A DNA stretch of 64,000 nt, taken from NCBI GenBank assembly GCA_021413925.1, contig JAIOPL010000023.1, positions 13,640 through 77,639 on the forward strand, given 5' to 3'. Both the position numbers and the translations under genes were made by a program. Position 1 is the first letter of the stretch. Every line of letters begins with the position of its first letter. The DNA comes from Verrucomicrobiota bacterium (lineage in GTDB: Bacteria; Verrucomicrobiota; Verrucomicrobiia; Chthoniobacterales; UBA6821). Below the pieces are notes generated by a model that saw nothing but the letters and a program-made list of their open reading frames with translations, made no database searches and was not told the origin of the DNA. Positions 45,641 to 55,212 of this stretch are shown piece after piece.

Positions 45641-45668
45641 ATGAATTAGGAATGATGAATGATGAAAG
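45641..45668. repeat. degenerate heptamer array (ATGAATT AGGAATG ATGAATG ATGAAAG) in the map-adk spacer
   Basis: Read directly. It is flanked by the direct repeat GAGAGAAGGG (45631-45640 and 45671-45680). A partly complementary (TACTTCA)x2 lies at 45731-45744. Confidence 0.6.
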
Positions 45669-45741
45669 CGGAGAGAAGGGGGAGCGCCGCATCGTGGATC
45701 AACGCCATGTGAGCAGGGATTCTTTTTTTATACTTCATACT

Positions 45742-46416
45742 TCAACCCTTATCCTTTTTATCGGCTACCAGCGCCGATAGTTTTGCGAAGATCTCATCAC
45801 TCCCCTCCCCTGCATCAATGCGGTGTAGGAGATTGGGTGATTTCTTTTCGTAGTATCCGACAACGGGCAGCGTGAGATCACGGTAGACTTCCAGGCGCTG
45901 ATCGAGAGCTTCCTCCGTGTCGTCATTGCGGCGAACCAGCAAAGCCCCGCAGCGAGGACATGGCGAGCCCTCTTGATTGCCATGCAGCGACATGCTGAAC
46001 GTGGCGCCGCATTTCAGGCAGGAAATCCGCTCCAGAATACGACGCCGGATCAACTCGTCCGGCAATTCCAGCAAAACGATGAGATCCAGTCCGGCTCTAA
46101 GTTCGGCAAGTGAGGAGTCGAGATATTCCGCCTGTCCCACGGTACGGGGAAAACCATCAAAGATAAACCTAGGGCCATTCTCCTTCATCCATGCTGTCAC
46201 GATACGGACCGCAAGCTCATCCGGAACAAGCAGTCCCTTGCTAGTCCATCCGTCGGCTTCCTGCCCGAGAGGCGTGCCTCGTGAGCACTCCGACCGGAGT
46301 AGCGCTCCCGTAGAAACATGGGGAATGAGAAAACAATCGGCAAGCCGGTCTGCCTGGGTACCCTTCCCCGATGCTGGCGGACCGAGCAGCACGATCCGCT
46401 GGTTCACCGGATTCAC
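45742..46416 (-). CDS. adk: adenylate kinase (zinc-lid type)
   Basis: P-loop LLGPPASGKGTQ; the lid contains CLKCG...CPRCG. Confidence 0.95.
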   Translation of the reverse strand: MNPVNQRIVLLGPPASGKGTQADRLADCFLIPHVSTGALLRSECSRGTPLGQEADGWTSKGLLVPDELAVRIVTAWMKENGPRFIFDGFPRTVGQAEYLDSSLAELRAGLDLIVLLELPDELIRRRILERISCLKCGATFSMSLHGNQEGSPCPRCGALLVRRNDDTEEALDQRLEVYRDLTLPVVGYYEKKSPNLLHRIDAGEGSDEIFAKLSALVADKKDKG

Positions 46417-46426
46417 CGAAACGGGG

Positions 46427-47929
46427 TTAGCGGTAGTTGCTGAGATAGGCGGCTAGTCCGGCAATCACGAACAAGCCGATGGCGGCGATGATCTTGACCA
46501 CGGTAGAGTCGCTAATAGCAGATCCGCTCACCGAAGGACGCGGAGCGCTTCGACCACGGATCTTTCCCTTGCGGAGAAATCCGTCGTAATGACGCTGCAG
46601 CAAGAATGTCTCGACCTGCCTCATGGTATCCAGTGTGACGCCGACAATAATGAGCAGTCCTGTGCCTCCGAAGAACTGAGCTGCCATGTAGGGGACATTG
46701 AGGGCACGACTGAGGAGTTGTGGAAGGATGGCAACAACCACAAGGAAGAGGGCTCCGGCAAAGGTCAGGCGACTCATCGTGTAGTCCAGGAAGTCTGCTG
46801 TTGGCTTGCCGGGACGGACTCCTGGAATGAATCCGCCATATTTCTTTAGGTCGTCCGCTATCTGGGCTGGCTGGAACTGCGTAGCAACCCAGAAATAGCT
46901 GAAGCTGAAAATCAGGATGGCATAGAGGAGGTAGTGGAGCCACCCGTTGGTCAGAAGATTCGCTATCTCGACAGCCCAAGGCCTGTTGCCAAAGGCCATG
47001 GTCATGATGGTCGAGGGGAACATCAGGATCGCCTGGGCAAAGATGATTGGCATCACGCCGGCGTAGTTGACCTTGAGAGGCATGTACTGGGTCTGGCCGC
47101 CGTAGACTTTCCTTCCTACAACGCGCTTGGCGTACTGGACGCTGATGCGCCTGGTCGCCTGGGTGATCGCAATGACCGAGGCGATCACGAGGAAAAGGAA
47201 TGCGCAGAGGATCACGAGGACAACGGGACTTACTTGGCTTGCCTCACCGCCGCTTGGAACAAAGGTTCTCCAAGCCTGCACAAGACCGGCTGGCAACTGG
47301 GCCAGAATACCGATCGTGATGATCACAGAGATGCCGTTGCCGATACCACGTTCGGTGATCTGGTCTCCGATCCACATCAGGAAGAGAGTTCCAGCCGTCA
47401 TGATCAGCACCGTCAGCAAACGGAACAGAATGCCGGGATCCGAAACAAGGGGGACGCCCAAGCGTGCAATCGTCTCTGAAATACCGGGTAAGAAAGGATT
47501 CGACTGGGGACTCTCGAAGGAAAGGGCGAGGAGATAGCCTTGGAAAATACAAAGAGCGATGGTCGCGTAACGGGTGTACTGGGCGATCTTCTGGCGCCCA
47601 CCATCCTCACGGGCCAGACGGCCGAGCTTCGGAATCACTGCCCCAAGCAGTTGGAGCATGATTGATGCACTGATGTAGGGCATGATCCCGAGTGAGAAAA
47701 TCGCGCAATTCCCGAGCGCGCCGCCGGAGAAGAGATTGAAGAGTGCTGCTGCACCGCCGCCGGCACTATGATCGGCAACGTTCTGAAACCACTCTCGCAG
47801 GACTTGGGCATTGACACCCGGGGTTGTGATCGCAGCGCCGACACGCATGATGACGATCATCCCGAGTGTAAACAGGACACGCTGCCTCAGCTCGGGAATC
47901 TTAAAGATATTGGCGAACGCGGAGATCAT
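46427..47929 (-). CDS. secY: preprotein translocase subunit SecY (with a C-terminal extension)
   Basis: 500 aa with 10 TM segments, and it occupies the expected operon position. The N-terminus reads IPELRQRVLFTLGMIVIMRVG. Confidence 0.95.
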   Translation of the reverse strand: MISAFANIFKIPELRQRVLFTLGMIVIMRVGAAITTPGVNAQVLREWFQNVADHSAGGGAAALFNLFSGGALGNCAIFSLGIMPYISASIMLQLLGAVIPKLGRLAREDGGRQKIAQYTRYATIALCIFQGYLLALSFESPQSNPFLPGISETIARLGVPLVSDPGILFRLLTVLIMTAGTLFLMWIGDQITERGIGNGISVIITIGILAQLPAGLVQAWRTFVPSGGEASQVSPVVLVILCAFLFLVIASVIAITQATRRISVQYAKRVVGRKVYGGQTQYMPLKVNYAGVMPIIFAQAILMFPSTIMTMAFGNRPWAVEIANLLTNGWLHYLLYAILIFSFSYFWVATQFQPAQIADDLKKYGGFIPGVRPGKPTADFLDYTMSRLTFAGALFLVVVAILPQLLSRALNVPYMAAQFFGGTGLLIIVGVTLDTMRQVETFLLQRHYDGFLRKGKIRGRSAPRPSVSGSAISDSTVVKIIAAIGLFVIAGLAAYLSNYR

Positions 47930-47997
47930 GCTAGCACTCGGTGGTTAACGGCCTTTGTTACCTCATTGTAACGTCGGCGCGCCCTATAGATTATTAA

Positions 47998-48522
47998 TCA
48001 GGAAGCCTTGACCGCTTTTCTCGGAGCCGCCTTCAGAGTTGCCCTGCTGGCGATCTTGGTCTGGCGCTCACGGATAACAAGCGAACCTCCGGCAGCCTCA
48101 AGCTTCTCTTTGGCGGCTGCACTCGATTTGTCCACCTCTACGGTGAACTTCTTGGTGATTGTTCCGCGGGCAAGCAGCTTGATCCCGTCATTGCTTCCAT
48201 GAACGAGTCGAAGGGAGCGGAGTGCTGCCTCATCGATCTTAGCGCCGGACTCGAAACGCTCTTCGAGAGTATCGAGGTTCACGACGGCGTAAACGGGCTT
48301 GAAGTCAAAGTTATTGAAACCGCGCTTAGGAAGTCGGCGGATAAGGGGCATCTGACCACCCTCGAATCCAAGACGGACGCTGCCGCCGGAACGGGCTTTC
48401 TGACCCTTGTGGCCGCGACCGGAGGTCTTTCCGTGGCCGGAGCTTTCGCCGATACCGAGACGCTTCTTGCGGTGCTTGGCACCTGGGCGGGGAGCGAGAT
48501 TATGAAGTCGCATGGTTGTCAT
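47998..48522 (-). CDS. rplO: 50S ribosomal protein L15
   Basis: GKTSGRGHKGQKARSG motif. Met4 is an alternative start. Confidence 0.9.
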   Translation of the reverse strand: MTTMRLHNLAPRPGAKHRKKRLGIGESSGHGKTSGRGHKGQKARSGGSVRLGFEGGQMPLIRRLPKRGFNNFDFKPVYAVVNLDTLEERFESGAKIDEAALRSLRLVHGSNDGIKLLARGTITKKFTVEVDKSSAAAKEKLEAAGGSLVIRERQTKIASRATLKAAPRKAVKAS

Positions 48523-48596
48523 TCGAGAATAATGGTTGGGCTTGGGGCTTGAGTTAGGCTTGAGCTGCTGTGTTTAGCTGTTTCCCTCTGCTTGCC

Positions 48597-49151
48597 TTAA
48601 GCAGCAACTGGAACCGCTGCTTCCGGCGTAGGCACCTTCTTGCCTCGCAGTTTCATGATTTCGCTGCGGGGGCGTAGGCTGGTAAGAGCGGCAAGGGTTG
48701 CCTTGACCACGTTGGAGTGGTTGCTGGATCCGAGTGACTTGGCAAGCACGTCGCGGACACCGACCGCCTCGAGGACGGCGCGCACACCACCTCCGGCGAT
48801 GACCCCGGTACCGGGGGATGCAGGTTTAAGAAGGACGCGTCCACCTCCGAACTCGCCGAATGTCTCGTGAGGAATCGTCGTTCCCTGGATCGACACAGGA
48901 ACCATGGCCTTGCGGGCGGCGTCGGAGCCCTTGCGGATGGCTTCACTGACCTCGTTGGCCTTACCGAATCCGATACCGACACGACCCTTCATGTCACCTG
49001 TGACGATGAGGGCGCTGAAGCTGAAACGGCGACCACCCTTGACGACCTTGGCGCAACGGTTGATGAAAACGACCTTCTCGATCGTGTCCTTGGGTGTATC
49101 GTCTGCGGGCTTATCGCGGCGTGGTCCGCGTTTGGGGCGTTTGTCATCCAT
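48597..49151 (-). CDS. rpsE: 30S ribosomal protein S5
   Basis: [28 protein letters not shown] chose the start at ATG 49151 (MDDKRPK), 7 bp after the rplR stop. Confidence 0.9.
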   Translation of the reverse strand: MDDKRPKRGPRRDKPADDTPKDTIEKVVFINRCAKVVKGGRRFSFSALIVTGDMKGRVGIGFGKANEVSEAIRKGSDAARKAMVPVSIQGTTIPHETFGEFGGGRVLLKPASPGTGVIAGGGVRAVLEAVGVRDVLAKSLGSSNHSNVVKATLAALTSLRPRSEIMKLRGKKVPTPEAAVPVAA

Positions 49152-49158
49152 AGAAATA

Positions 49159-49515
49159 TTAGAACTGTAGTCCACCCTCACGGGCTGCCTCGGCGAGAGC
49201 CTTCACTTTGCCATGATACATGAAACCACCGCGGTCGAAGACGACCTTCTCGATCTTCTTGGCAAGACCGCGCTCGGCGATGAGTTTGCCAACCTTGATG
49301 GCTGTCGCCACATTGGCGCGAGAGGAAGCATCCTTGGTGAAGGATTCCTCCGTGGTGTTGACGCTGGCCAGTGTATTCCCAGCGAGATCGTCGATGACCT
49401 GAGCGGTGATGTGTTGGCCGGAGAAGTGAATCGCAAGTCGAGGCCTCTCGGCGGTGCCGGAGACTTTCTTGCGGAGGCGTACGTGACGCAGTTTGCGGGA
49501 ATTTGTTGCGGACAT
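49159..49515 (-). CDS. rplR: 50S ribosomal protein L18
   Basis: [31 protein letters not shown]...[17 protein letters not shown]. Confidence 0.95.
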   Translation of the reverse strand: MSATNSRKLRHVRLRKKVSGTAERPRLAIHFSGQHITAQVIDDLAGNTLASVNTTEESFTKDASSRANVATAIKVGKLIAERGLAKKIEKVVFDRGGFMYHGKVKALAEAAREGGLQF

Positions 49516-49533
49516 GGAAAAATGATCCTTGGT

Positions 49534-50073
49534 TTACTGGACAGTCTTGCCTTCTTTGCGGCGGACAACCTCATCGGAATAACGGATGCCCTTGCCCTTG
49601 TATGGCTCGGGAGGATAGTATGCACGAATATCGGCAGCCACCTGGCCGACGAGATGCTTGTCGATTCCCTCGATTGAGATTTTGGTATTGTCGGTGACGG
49701 CAATCTTGATCTCGCTGGGGATCTGGAAGAGGACGGGATGGGAGTAGCCGATCGAGAGATCCAGCTTGTCACCCTTGACAGCGGCACGGAATCCGACGCC
49801 CTGAATCTCCAGGTCGCGGCGGAAGCCACTGCTGACGCCGCTCACCATGTTATTGATCAGAGCGCGTGAAAGTCCATGCAGGGCACGGACCTCACGATGC
49901 TCGTTGGCGCGGGAAACGGTGATCACGGATCCCTCGGTTGAAATGGTGATGCCCTTGGGAAGCTCCCAGGAGAGCTTGCCTTTGGGGCCCTCGACGGTGA
50001 CCTGGTTTCCGTCTGCAACGGAGACCTTGACTTTGTCAGGGAGAGTGATGGGTGTTTTACCGATACGGGACAT
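49534..50073 (-). CDS. rplF: 50S ribosomal protein L6
   Basis: MSRIGKTPITLPDKVKVSV... Confidence 0.95.
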   Translation of the reverse strand: MSRIGKTPITLPDKVKVSVADGNQVTVEGPKGKLSWELPKGITISTEGSVITVSRANEHREVRALHGLSRALINNMVSGVSSGFRRDLEIQGVGFRAAVKGDKLDLSIGYSHPVLFQIPSEIKIAVTDNTKISIEGIDKHLVGQVAADIRAYYPPEPYKGKGIRYSDEVVRRKEGKTVQ

Positions 50074-50094
50074 GGCAGGAAATAGGTTACCGGG

Positions 50095-50493
50095 TTACCA
50101 GATGTAGGCGAGAAGTTCTCCACCGACTTTCTGCTTGCGGGCCTCATGACCCGAGATGACTCCACGTGATGTGGAGATAATGGAGATGCCGAGACCGCCG
50201 AGCACGCGGGGGATGTCCTCGCTACCGACATAACGACGGAGTCCGGGGCGGCTGATGCGGCGAAGTCCAGCGATCGCAGGAGTCTTTCCCACATAACGGG
50301 GGCGGATCCTGATGCGCGGATGCGTCTCCTTGTTGTCGAGTTCGTACTCCTCGATATAACCCTCGCGCTTGAGGATGGCGACGATGTCGCTCTTGATCTT
50401 GGAATAGGGAACGAAGAACTCAACCTTCTGCACGCTTACGGCGTTGCGGACACGGGTGAGAAGATCGGCGATGGGATCGGTCAGTGCACTCAT
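50095..50493 (-). CDS. rpsH: 30S ribosomal protein S8
   Basis: DPIADLLTRVRNA... Confidence 0.95.
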   Translation of the reverse strand: MSALTDPIADLLTRVRNAVSVQKVEFFVPYSKIKSDIVAILKREGYIEEYELDNKETHPRIRIRPRYVGKTPAIAGLRRISRPGLRRYVGSEDIPRVLGGLGISIISTSRGVISGHEARKQKVGGELLAYIW

Positions 50494-50499
50494 TGATAA

Positions 50500-51123
50500 T
50501 TAGGCGGAAGCGGTTTCAGGAGCCGTCTCTGCGGATGCAGCCTCGGGCTTTTCGACCTTCTTGGTTGAATTGCGGCCGGCAAACGGCATGCCCATCTCGC
50601 TAAGAAGGGCCTTGGCCTCGTCGTTGCTTGTCGCAGACGTGACGATGGTGATGTCGAAGCCGATGTTGCGTTTGATCTTGTCGAGCTCGACCTCGGGGAA
50701 GATGGACTGATCCGCAACGCCGAGAGTGTAGTTGCCGTTACCGTCAAAAGCACGGTTGGAAACACCGCGAAAATCACGAATACGAGGAAGAGCCGTCTTG
50801 ATGAGACGCTCGAGGAACTCATACATGAGGCGACCACGCAGGGTTACCTTGGCACCGATTGGCTGACCGGCGCGCAGCTTGAAGTTGGAGATGGCCTTCT
50901 TGGCGATGGTCTCAACGGGCTTCTGTCCGGTGATGAGCTGAAGCTCGTCCTTGGCGATTTCCAAAGCGGCCTTGACGTCGGGTGCTGAAGCGATGGAGGT
51001 ATTGATGACAACCTTCACAAGGCGTGGAACTTGGTGCACGTTCTTGTATCCACGCTTCTCCTTGAGGGCGGGGATGATGCGGGTGTTGTACTCGTTCTGA
51101 AGTTCGGCAATGGGCAGTGACAT
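50500..51123 (-). CDS. rplE: 50S ribosomal protein L5 (with a C-terminal tail of about 25 aa)
   Basis: VPRLVKVVINTS...FRGVSNRAFDGNGNYTLG. It is followed directly by S8, with no S14 gene between them. Confidence 0.95.
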   Translation of the reverse strand: MSLPIAELQNEYNTRIIPALKEKRGYKNVHQVPRLVKVVINTSIASAPDVKAALEIAKDELQLITGQKPVETIAKKAISNFKLRAGQPIGAKVTLRGRLMYEFLERLIKTALPRIRDFRGVSNRAFDGNGNYTLGVADQSIFPEVELDKIKRNIGFDITIVTSATSNDEAKALLSEMGMPFAGRNSTKKVEKPEAASAETAPETASA

Positions 51124-51160
51124 GTCTCTGTATCCTTTTATTAGTTGGCCTTAGTTCAGG

Positions 51161-51523
51161 TTATTCGGCCTTGGGTGCCTTGGGTTCTTTTGGCGCCTTC
51201 TCAACCTTGGCTTTGGCAACCTTCTTTGCTGCGGGAGCTTTCTCGTTCTTTGCCTTGGAAGAGGCAACGGTCTTCGCAGCCTTCTCGAGGAGCTTGACGT
51301 TCGAAATGTTGATAGGGCCTTCGCGTTCAATGATAGCGCCGTTCGGCTGCTCTTGGGAGCGCTTCACATGCTTCTTGATCATGCGAACACCTTCAATCAC
51401 GACCTGATGTTTGGTACGATTGACCTGGAGGATCTTACCCTCGGAGCCACGGTGGTTCCCGGAGATGACCTTCACGAGGTCACCTGCATGGACATGGGTT
51501 TTAATAAGCGGGATAGCAGGCAT
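51161..51523 (-). CDS. rplX: 50S ribosomal protein L24 (with a K/A-rich C-terminal tail)
   Basis: KOW motif GDLVKVISGNHRGSEGKI. Confidence 0.9.
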   Translation of the reverse strand: MPAIPLIKTHVHAGDLVKVISGNHRGSEGKILQVNRTKHQVVIEGVRMIKKHVKRSQEQPNGAIIEREGPINISNVKLLEKAAKTVASSKAKNEKAPAAKKVAKAKVEKAPKEPKAPKAE

Positions 51524-51534
51524 TGTCTTGGAAA

Positions 51535-51900
51535 TTAGAGGACCTCGGGGGCCAGGGAGACGATCTTCATGAAATTCTTTTCACGGAGTTCGCGGGCGAC
51601 CGGTCCGAAGATGCGGGTGCCACGCGGGTTCTTGTCCTTGTCAATGATGACAATGGCGTTACTGTCAAAACGTAGGTAAGAACCATCCTCGCGGCGAACG
51701 GGCTGGCGAGTACGGACGACAACGGCACGTACCACATCGCCCTTTTTTACGGCACCACCTGTGGAGGCCTCCTTGACGTTGGCGGTAATGATATCGCCGA
51801 TGCGGGCAACGAGTGTCCTCTTGCCGATGACACCGATCATGGTGGCCATGCGGGCACCGGTGTTATCGGCGACATCGAGACGGGAGCGGAGTTGGATCAT
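51535..51900 (-). CDS. rplN: 50S ribosomal protein L14
   Basis: [16 protein letters not shown]... Confidence 0.95.
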   Translation of the reverse strand: MIQLRSRLDVADNTGARMATMIGVIGKRTLVARIGDIITANVKEASTGGAVKKGDVVRAVVVRTRQPVRREDGSYLRFDSNAIVIIDKDKNPRGTRIFGPVARELREKNFMKIVSLAPEVL

Positions 51901-51938
51901 GGTTGTAGTTCCTGAAAGTGAGTGATTCTAGACGACGA

Positions 51939-52232
51939 TTAGTGACGGATCACCTCGACCAAGCGCCAGCGCTTGAGGCGGCTAAGAGGGCGGGTCTCCA
52001 TGATAGAGACGCGGTCTCCGATCTTGGCTTCGTTCTTTTCGTCATGAACGTGGAACTTCTTAACCTGCTTGATGATTTTGCCAAAAAGCGGGTGAGGAAC
52101 ACGAGTGATCGTCTTGACCACGATGGTCTTGTCCATCTTGTCGGAGATCACTTCCCCGACACGGGTTTTGCGAAGTGAGCGGGACTCGTCAGCGGGTGAC
52201 GTAGAAGTTGGTATGGTAGCTGTTTCGTTCAT
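51939..52232 (-). CDS. rpsQ: 30S ribosomal protein S17
   Basis: [16 protein letters not shown]...[16 protein letters not shown]. Confidence 0.9.
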   Translation of the reverse strand: MNETATIPTSTSPADESRSLRKTRVGEVISDKMDKTIVVKTITRVPHPLFGKIIKQVKKFHVHDEKNEAKIGDRVSIMETRPLSRLKRWRLVEVIRH

Positions 52233-52253
52233 CGGAGCGGTGGCCTGTTGTGC

Positions 52254-52457
52254 TTAGAGCGCCTGGGTTGCCTTGGTTTTTGCGGTTAGCACGGTTTCAA
52301 GCCGAGCGATCTCGCGGCGCAGCGTGGTCAGGAGATGGGGCTTTTCCAGCTGACCGGCTTGCTGCTGCAAGCGTAGATGGAAGATCTCCTGTCGCAGTTC
52401 CTTTTTACGGGATGAGAGTTCAGTAGGCGTCAATTCGCGGATTTCGTCAAGAGTCAT
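52254..52457 (-). CDS. rpmC: 50S ribosomal protein L29
   Basis: 67 aa. ELRQEIFHLRLQQQAGQLE is present, and it occupies the expected operon position. Confidence 0.9.
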   Translation of the reverse strand: MTLDEIRELTPTELSSRKKELRQEIFHLRLQQQAGQLEKPHLLTTLRREIARLETVLTAKTKATQAL

Positions 52458-52487
52458 ATTCGGTTCCTGTGATCGTTTGCCTGAAAA

Positions 52488-52907
52488 TTAGGCGGCGTGG
52501 TGACGGGTGATGAACTTCGTCCGGATCGGAAGCTTGTTAGCGGCTAGGCGAAGGGATTCGCGGGCCACAGTCTCCGAGACTCCGTCGAGCTCAAACAAGA
52601 TGTTGCCTGGGCGTACTGTGGCAACCCAATATTCAGGCTGTCCTTTTCCCTTACCCATTCGTGTCTCGGGAGGACGGGCGGTCACCGATTTATCAGGGAA
52701 GATACGAATCCAGAGCTTGCCCTTGCGCTTCATGTTACGGGTAAGCGCTACACGTGCTGCTTCGATCTGGGTGTTGGTGATCCAAGCACGATCCAGTGTC
52801 TGGAGGCCGAATTCACCAAAATCAATATTGATATTACGTGAGGCTGTTCCCTTGCGGCTTCCCCGCTGGGTCTTGCGATACTTGACTCTTTTTGGCAGTA
52901 AGGGCAT
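52488..52907 (-). CDS. rplP: 50S ribosomal protein L16
   Basis: [16 protein letters not shown]... Confidence 0.95.
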   Translation of the reverse strand: MPLLPKRVKYRKTQRGSRKGTASRNINIDFGEFGLQTLDRAWITNTQIEAARVALTRNMKRKGKLWIRIFPDKSVTARPPETRMGKGKGQPEYWVATVRPGNILFELDGVSETVARESLRLAANKLPIRTKFITRHHAA

Positions 52908-52940
52908 GGCTTCTCTCCTTTAAAAAATTCCTGTGATAGT

Positions 52941-53639
52941 TTAGGCGACCGCCTCCACTGTCGCGGGTGCGGAAACGGCGGATGACGGGGCAGCGGCGCG
53001 TGGTTCTGCTAGTTTTTCGGGCTTTTTGCAGATCCAGCACTTCACGCCGACTTTTCCGGCAAGTGTGTCAGCTTCGGCAAAACCGTAGTCGATGGTTTTG
53101 CGGAGAGTGTGAAGAGGAATGGTTCCGGCGCGAACAACTTCTGTGCGTGCGATTTCGGCGCCGCCGAGACGTCCGCTTGCGCGGATCTTGATACCATCTG
53201 CTCCCATGTCCATGGCGATCTGCATCGACTTTTTCATGGCGCGGCGGAACCCGATGCGGCGCTCAAGCTGACCGGCGACGCTTTCGGCAACGAGTTGGGC
53301 GTCAATTTCGGGCTGCTTGATCTCGATGATGTCGATTTTGGCCTGCTTGCCACCTGCTAAATCAGAAACCTTCTTGGTCATCGTCTCGATCTCGGAACCC
53401 TTACGGCCGATCACGATGCCGGGACGGGCGGTGAAAATGGTGACACGGACGCTGTTCCAGGCTCGCTCGATGACGATGCGGGAAACCGCTGCGGTCTTGA
53501 GCTTTTTCTTGAGCCATCCGCGGATCAATTGATCGGCGTAAAGGAAATCGGCGAATTCTTTTTCCGTCGCGTACCAGCGCGAGGTCCAGTCCCGGGTGAT
53601 CGGAAGGCGGAAGCCGATGGGGTTGACTTTTTGTCCCAT
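52941..53639 (-). CDS. rpsC: 30S ribosomal protein S3
   Basis: MGQKVNPIGFRLP... Confidence 0.95.
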   Translation of the reverse strand: MGQKVNPIGFRLPITRDWTSRWYATEKEFADFLYADQLIRGWLKKKLKTAAVSRIVIERAWNSVRVTIFTARPGIVIGRKGSEIETMTKKVSDLAGGKQAKIDIIEIKQPEIDAQLVAESVAGQLERRIGFRRAMKKSMQIAMDMGADGIKIRASGRLGGAEIARTEVVRAGTIPLHTLRKTIDYGFAEADTLAGKVGVKCWICKKPEKLAEPRAAAPSSAVSAPATVEAVA

Positions 53640-53675
53640 AGTAAGTGTGCGTTATAAGGTGATTGGCTTCTCTTT

Positions 53676-54146
53676 TTAGTCTTTGATTTCGACAGTCTCA
53701 GTGACCACCTCAACTACTGGAGCAGAAGATGCGGCTTCATTCATGACTTTTGGTTTGTCTGAGGACTTGGAAGAGCGAGTAGACTTAGGCTTATCAGCAC
53801 GGCGAACGATCGGCACCTCATCAGTCAAGACGATACGGATATGGCTGTTACGCTTACGGACCGGGCCGGAACTGCCACGAGCCTTCGGGCGCATGCGCTT
53901 GATGGTCGGAGCCTCGCCGATGACAGCCTCCTTGATCACAAGGAGTTCGGGACGGATATTGTTGTTGTGCTCAGCGTTGGCGATCGCACTCTTGAGAGTC
54001 TTGGCGATCAGGGGCGCTGCTTTCTTCGGAATGAATGCAAGTTGCTGAAGGGCATCAATGGCTGGAAGACCCTGGATTTCACGGGTGACCTCGCGTGCCT
54101 TGAAGGCTGATATTTTCGCGTAGCGGTGGGTGGCGATGACTTGCAT
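53676..54146 (-). CDS. rplV: 50S ribosomal protein L22 (with a C-terminal extension of about 45 aa)
   Basis: YAKISAFKAREVTREIQG...MRPKARGSSGPVRKRNSHIRIVL. Confidence 0.9.
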   Translation of the reverse strand: MQVIATHRYAKISAFKAREVTREIQGLPAIDALQQLAFIPKKAAPLIAKTLKSAIANAEHNNNIRPELLVIKEAVIGEAPTIKRMRPKARGSSGPVRKRNSHIRIVLTDEVPIVRRADKPKSTRSSKSSDKPKVMNEAASSAPVVEVVTETVEIKD

Positions 54147-54152
54147 GAGTAA

Positions 54153-54905
54153 TTAGCGTGTGGTGTCGATACGGAGTGTGTCGCCTGACCTCACGGACTC
54201 GGCGGGATTGACAATATTCTGAACAATGGCACCGCTGATCGCGTCGCGGACATCCACGACGCGGACGGAGGCGACCTGGCGAGTGCCGCGCCATACTTGG
54301 AAAGGCATGCCAGTCTTGACTCCCTGGCGGGAACCCAGATTTGCGACGACTAGGGAAAGATCGGGCTTCACGTCCACAACAGTCCCGGTTGTAAGATCAG
54401 CTCCTGATGTTGCTAGAAGATCCTTCTGGCGGTTAAGGAAAGCGGAGCTGGATCGGAGCACTTCCTCGACCTTCATGCGGGCCATTGGGTCAATGCCTTC
54501 GGAGCTCTTGAGCAGTTCCATAACCGATTCGGTCATAGCGCTCAACTGGTCCCGCGAAGCATCATTCTGCTTCTGAAGAAGGCGCATGTCGCGGACAGCG
54601 GCCAGAAGGCGCGTGCGAAGGTTTTCTATCTCCTTGTCGGCAGGAGCGATTCCCAGAGCCTCGATGCGCTCGTTCAGCTCGTCGGACTTCCGCTTAAAGA
54701 GTTCGGACTCTCCATTGGCAATCGCCAGACTCTCCGTGAGCCCCTTGATAGAAGCCTCAGAAAGGATGAGCTTCTCGCGAAGTGCATCGGAAGATCCACC
54801 GCCGTTCGCGTTCAAATTCTGCGCAAGCGCGGCGGCAACCGGAAGCCCGAGAAGGGCAACGGCTGTCACAGCGGACAATTGGCAGGAATGGTGAATGGCG
54901 GACAT
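54153..54905 (-). CDS. secreted coiled-coil protein with a C-terminal beta-rich domain, inserted between rpsS and rplV
   Basis: From ATG 54905 the N-terminus is MSAIHHSCQLSAVTAVALLGLPVAAALAQ, a signal peptide. About 150 aa of heptad-like helix follow, then TGTVVDVKPDLSLVVANLGSRQGVKTGMPFQVWRG...VRVVDV...GDTLRI. The gaps are 22 bp to rpsS and 6 bp to rplV. The upstream extension in the track ORF overlaps rpsS. Confidence 0.75.
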   Translation of the reverse strand: MSAIHHSCQLSAVTAVALLGLPVAAALAQNLNANGGGSSDALREKLILSEASIKGLTESLAIANGESELFKRKSDELNERIEALGIAPADKEIENLRTRLLAAVRDMRLLQKQNDASRDQLSAMTESVMELLKSSEGIDPMARMKVEEVLRSSSAFLNRQKDLLATSGADLTTGTVVDVKPDLSLVVANLGSRQGVKTGMPFQVWRGTRQVASVRVVDVRDAISGAIVQNIVNPAESVRSGDTLRIDTTR

Positions 54906-54927
54906 CAGGTTGATGGGAATAAAATTG

Positions 54928-55206
54928 TTATTTGGTGACCTTGGCAGTGTGTGAACCGTGCTTCTTGAAGATGCGGGTCGGGGAGAACTCGCCGAGCTTG
55001 TGACCGACCATGTTCTCTGTGACAAAAACCGGAATGAAGGAGCGCCCGTTGTGAACGTTGAAAGTATGTCCGACGAAGTCGGGAGTCACCGTGGAACGGC
55101 GAGACCAGGTCTTGATAGGCTTCTTGACATTGCCTTCGTTGAGTTTGTCGATCTTCTCGAGGAGTTTCCACTCCACGAACGGGCCTTTTTTGAGTGAGCG
55201 TGACAT
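54928..55206 (-). CDS. rpsS: 30S ribosomal protein S19
   Basis: [12 protein letters not shown]...[23 protein letters not shown]. Confidence 0.95.
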   Translation of the reverse strand: MSRSLKKGPFVEWKLLEKIDKLNEGNVKKPIKTWSRRSTVTPDFVGHTFNVHNGRSFIPVFVTENMVGHKLGEFSPTRIFKKHGSHTAKVTK

Positions 55207-55212
55207 AGGAGA

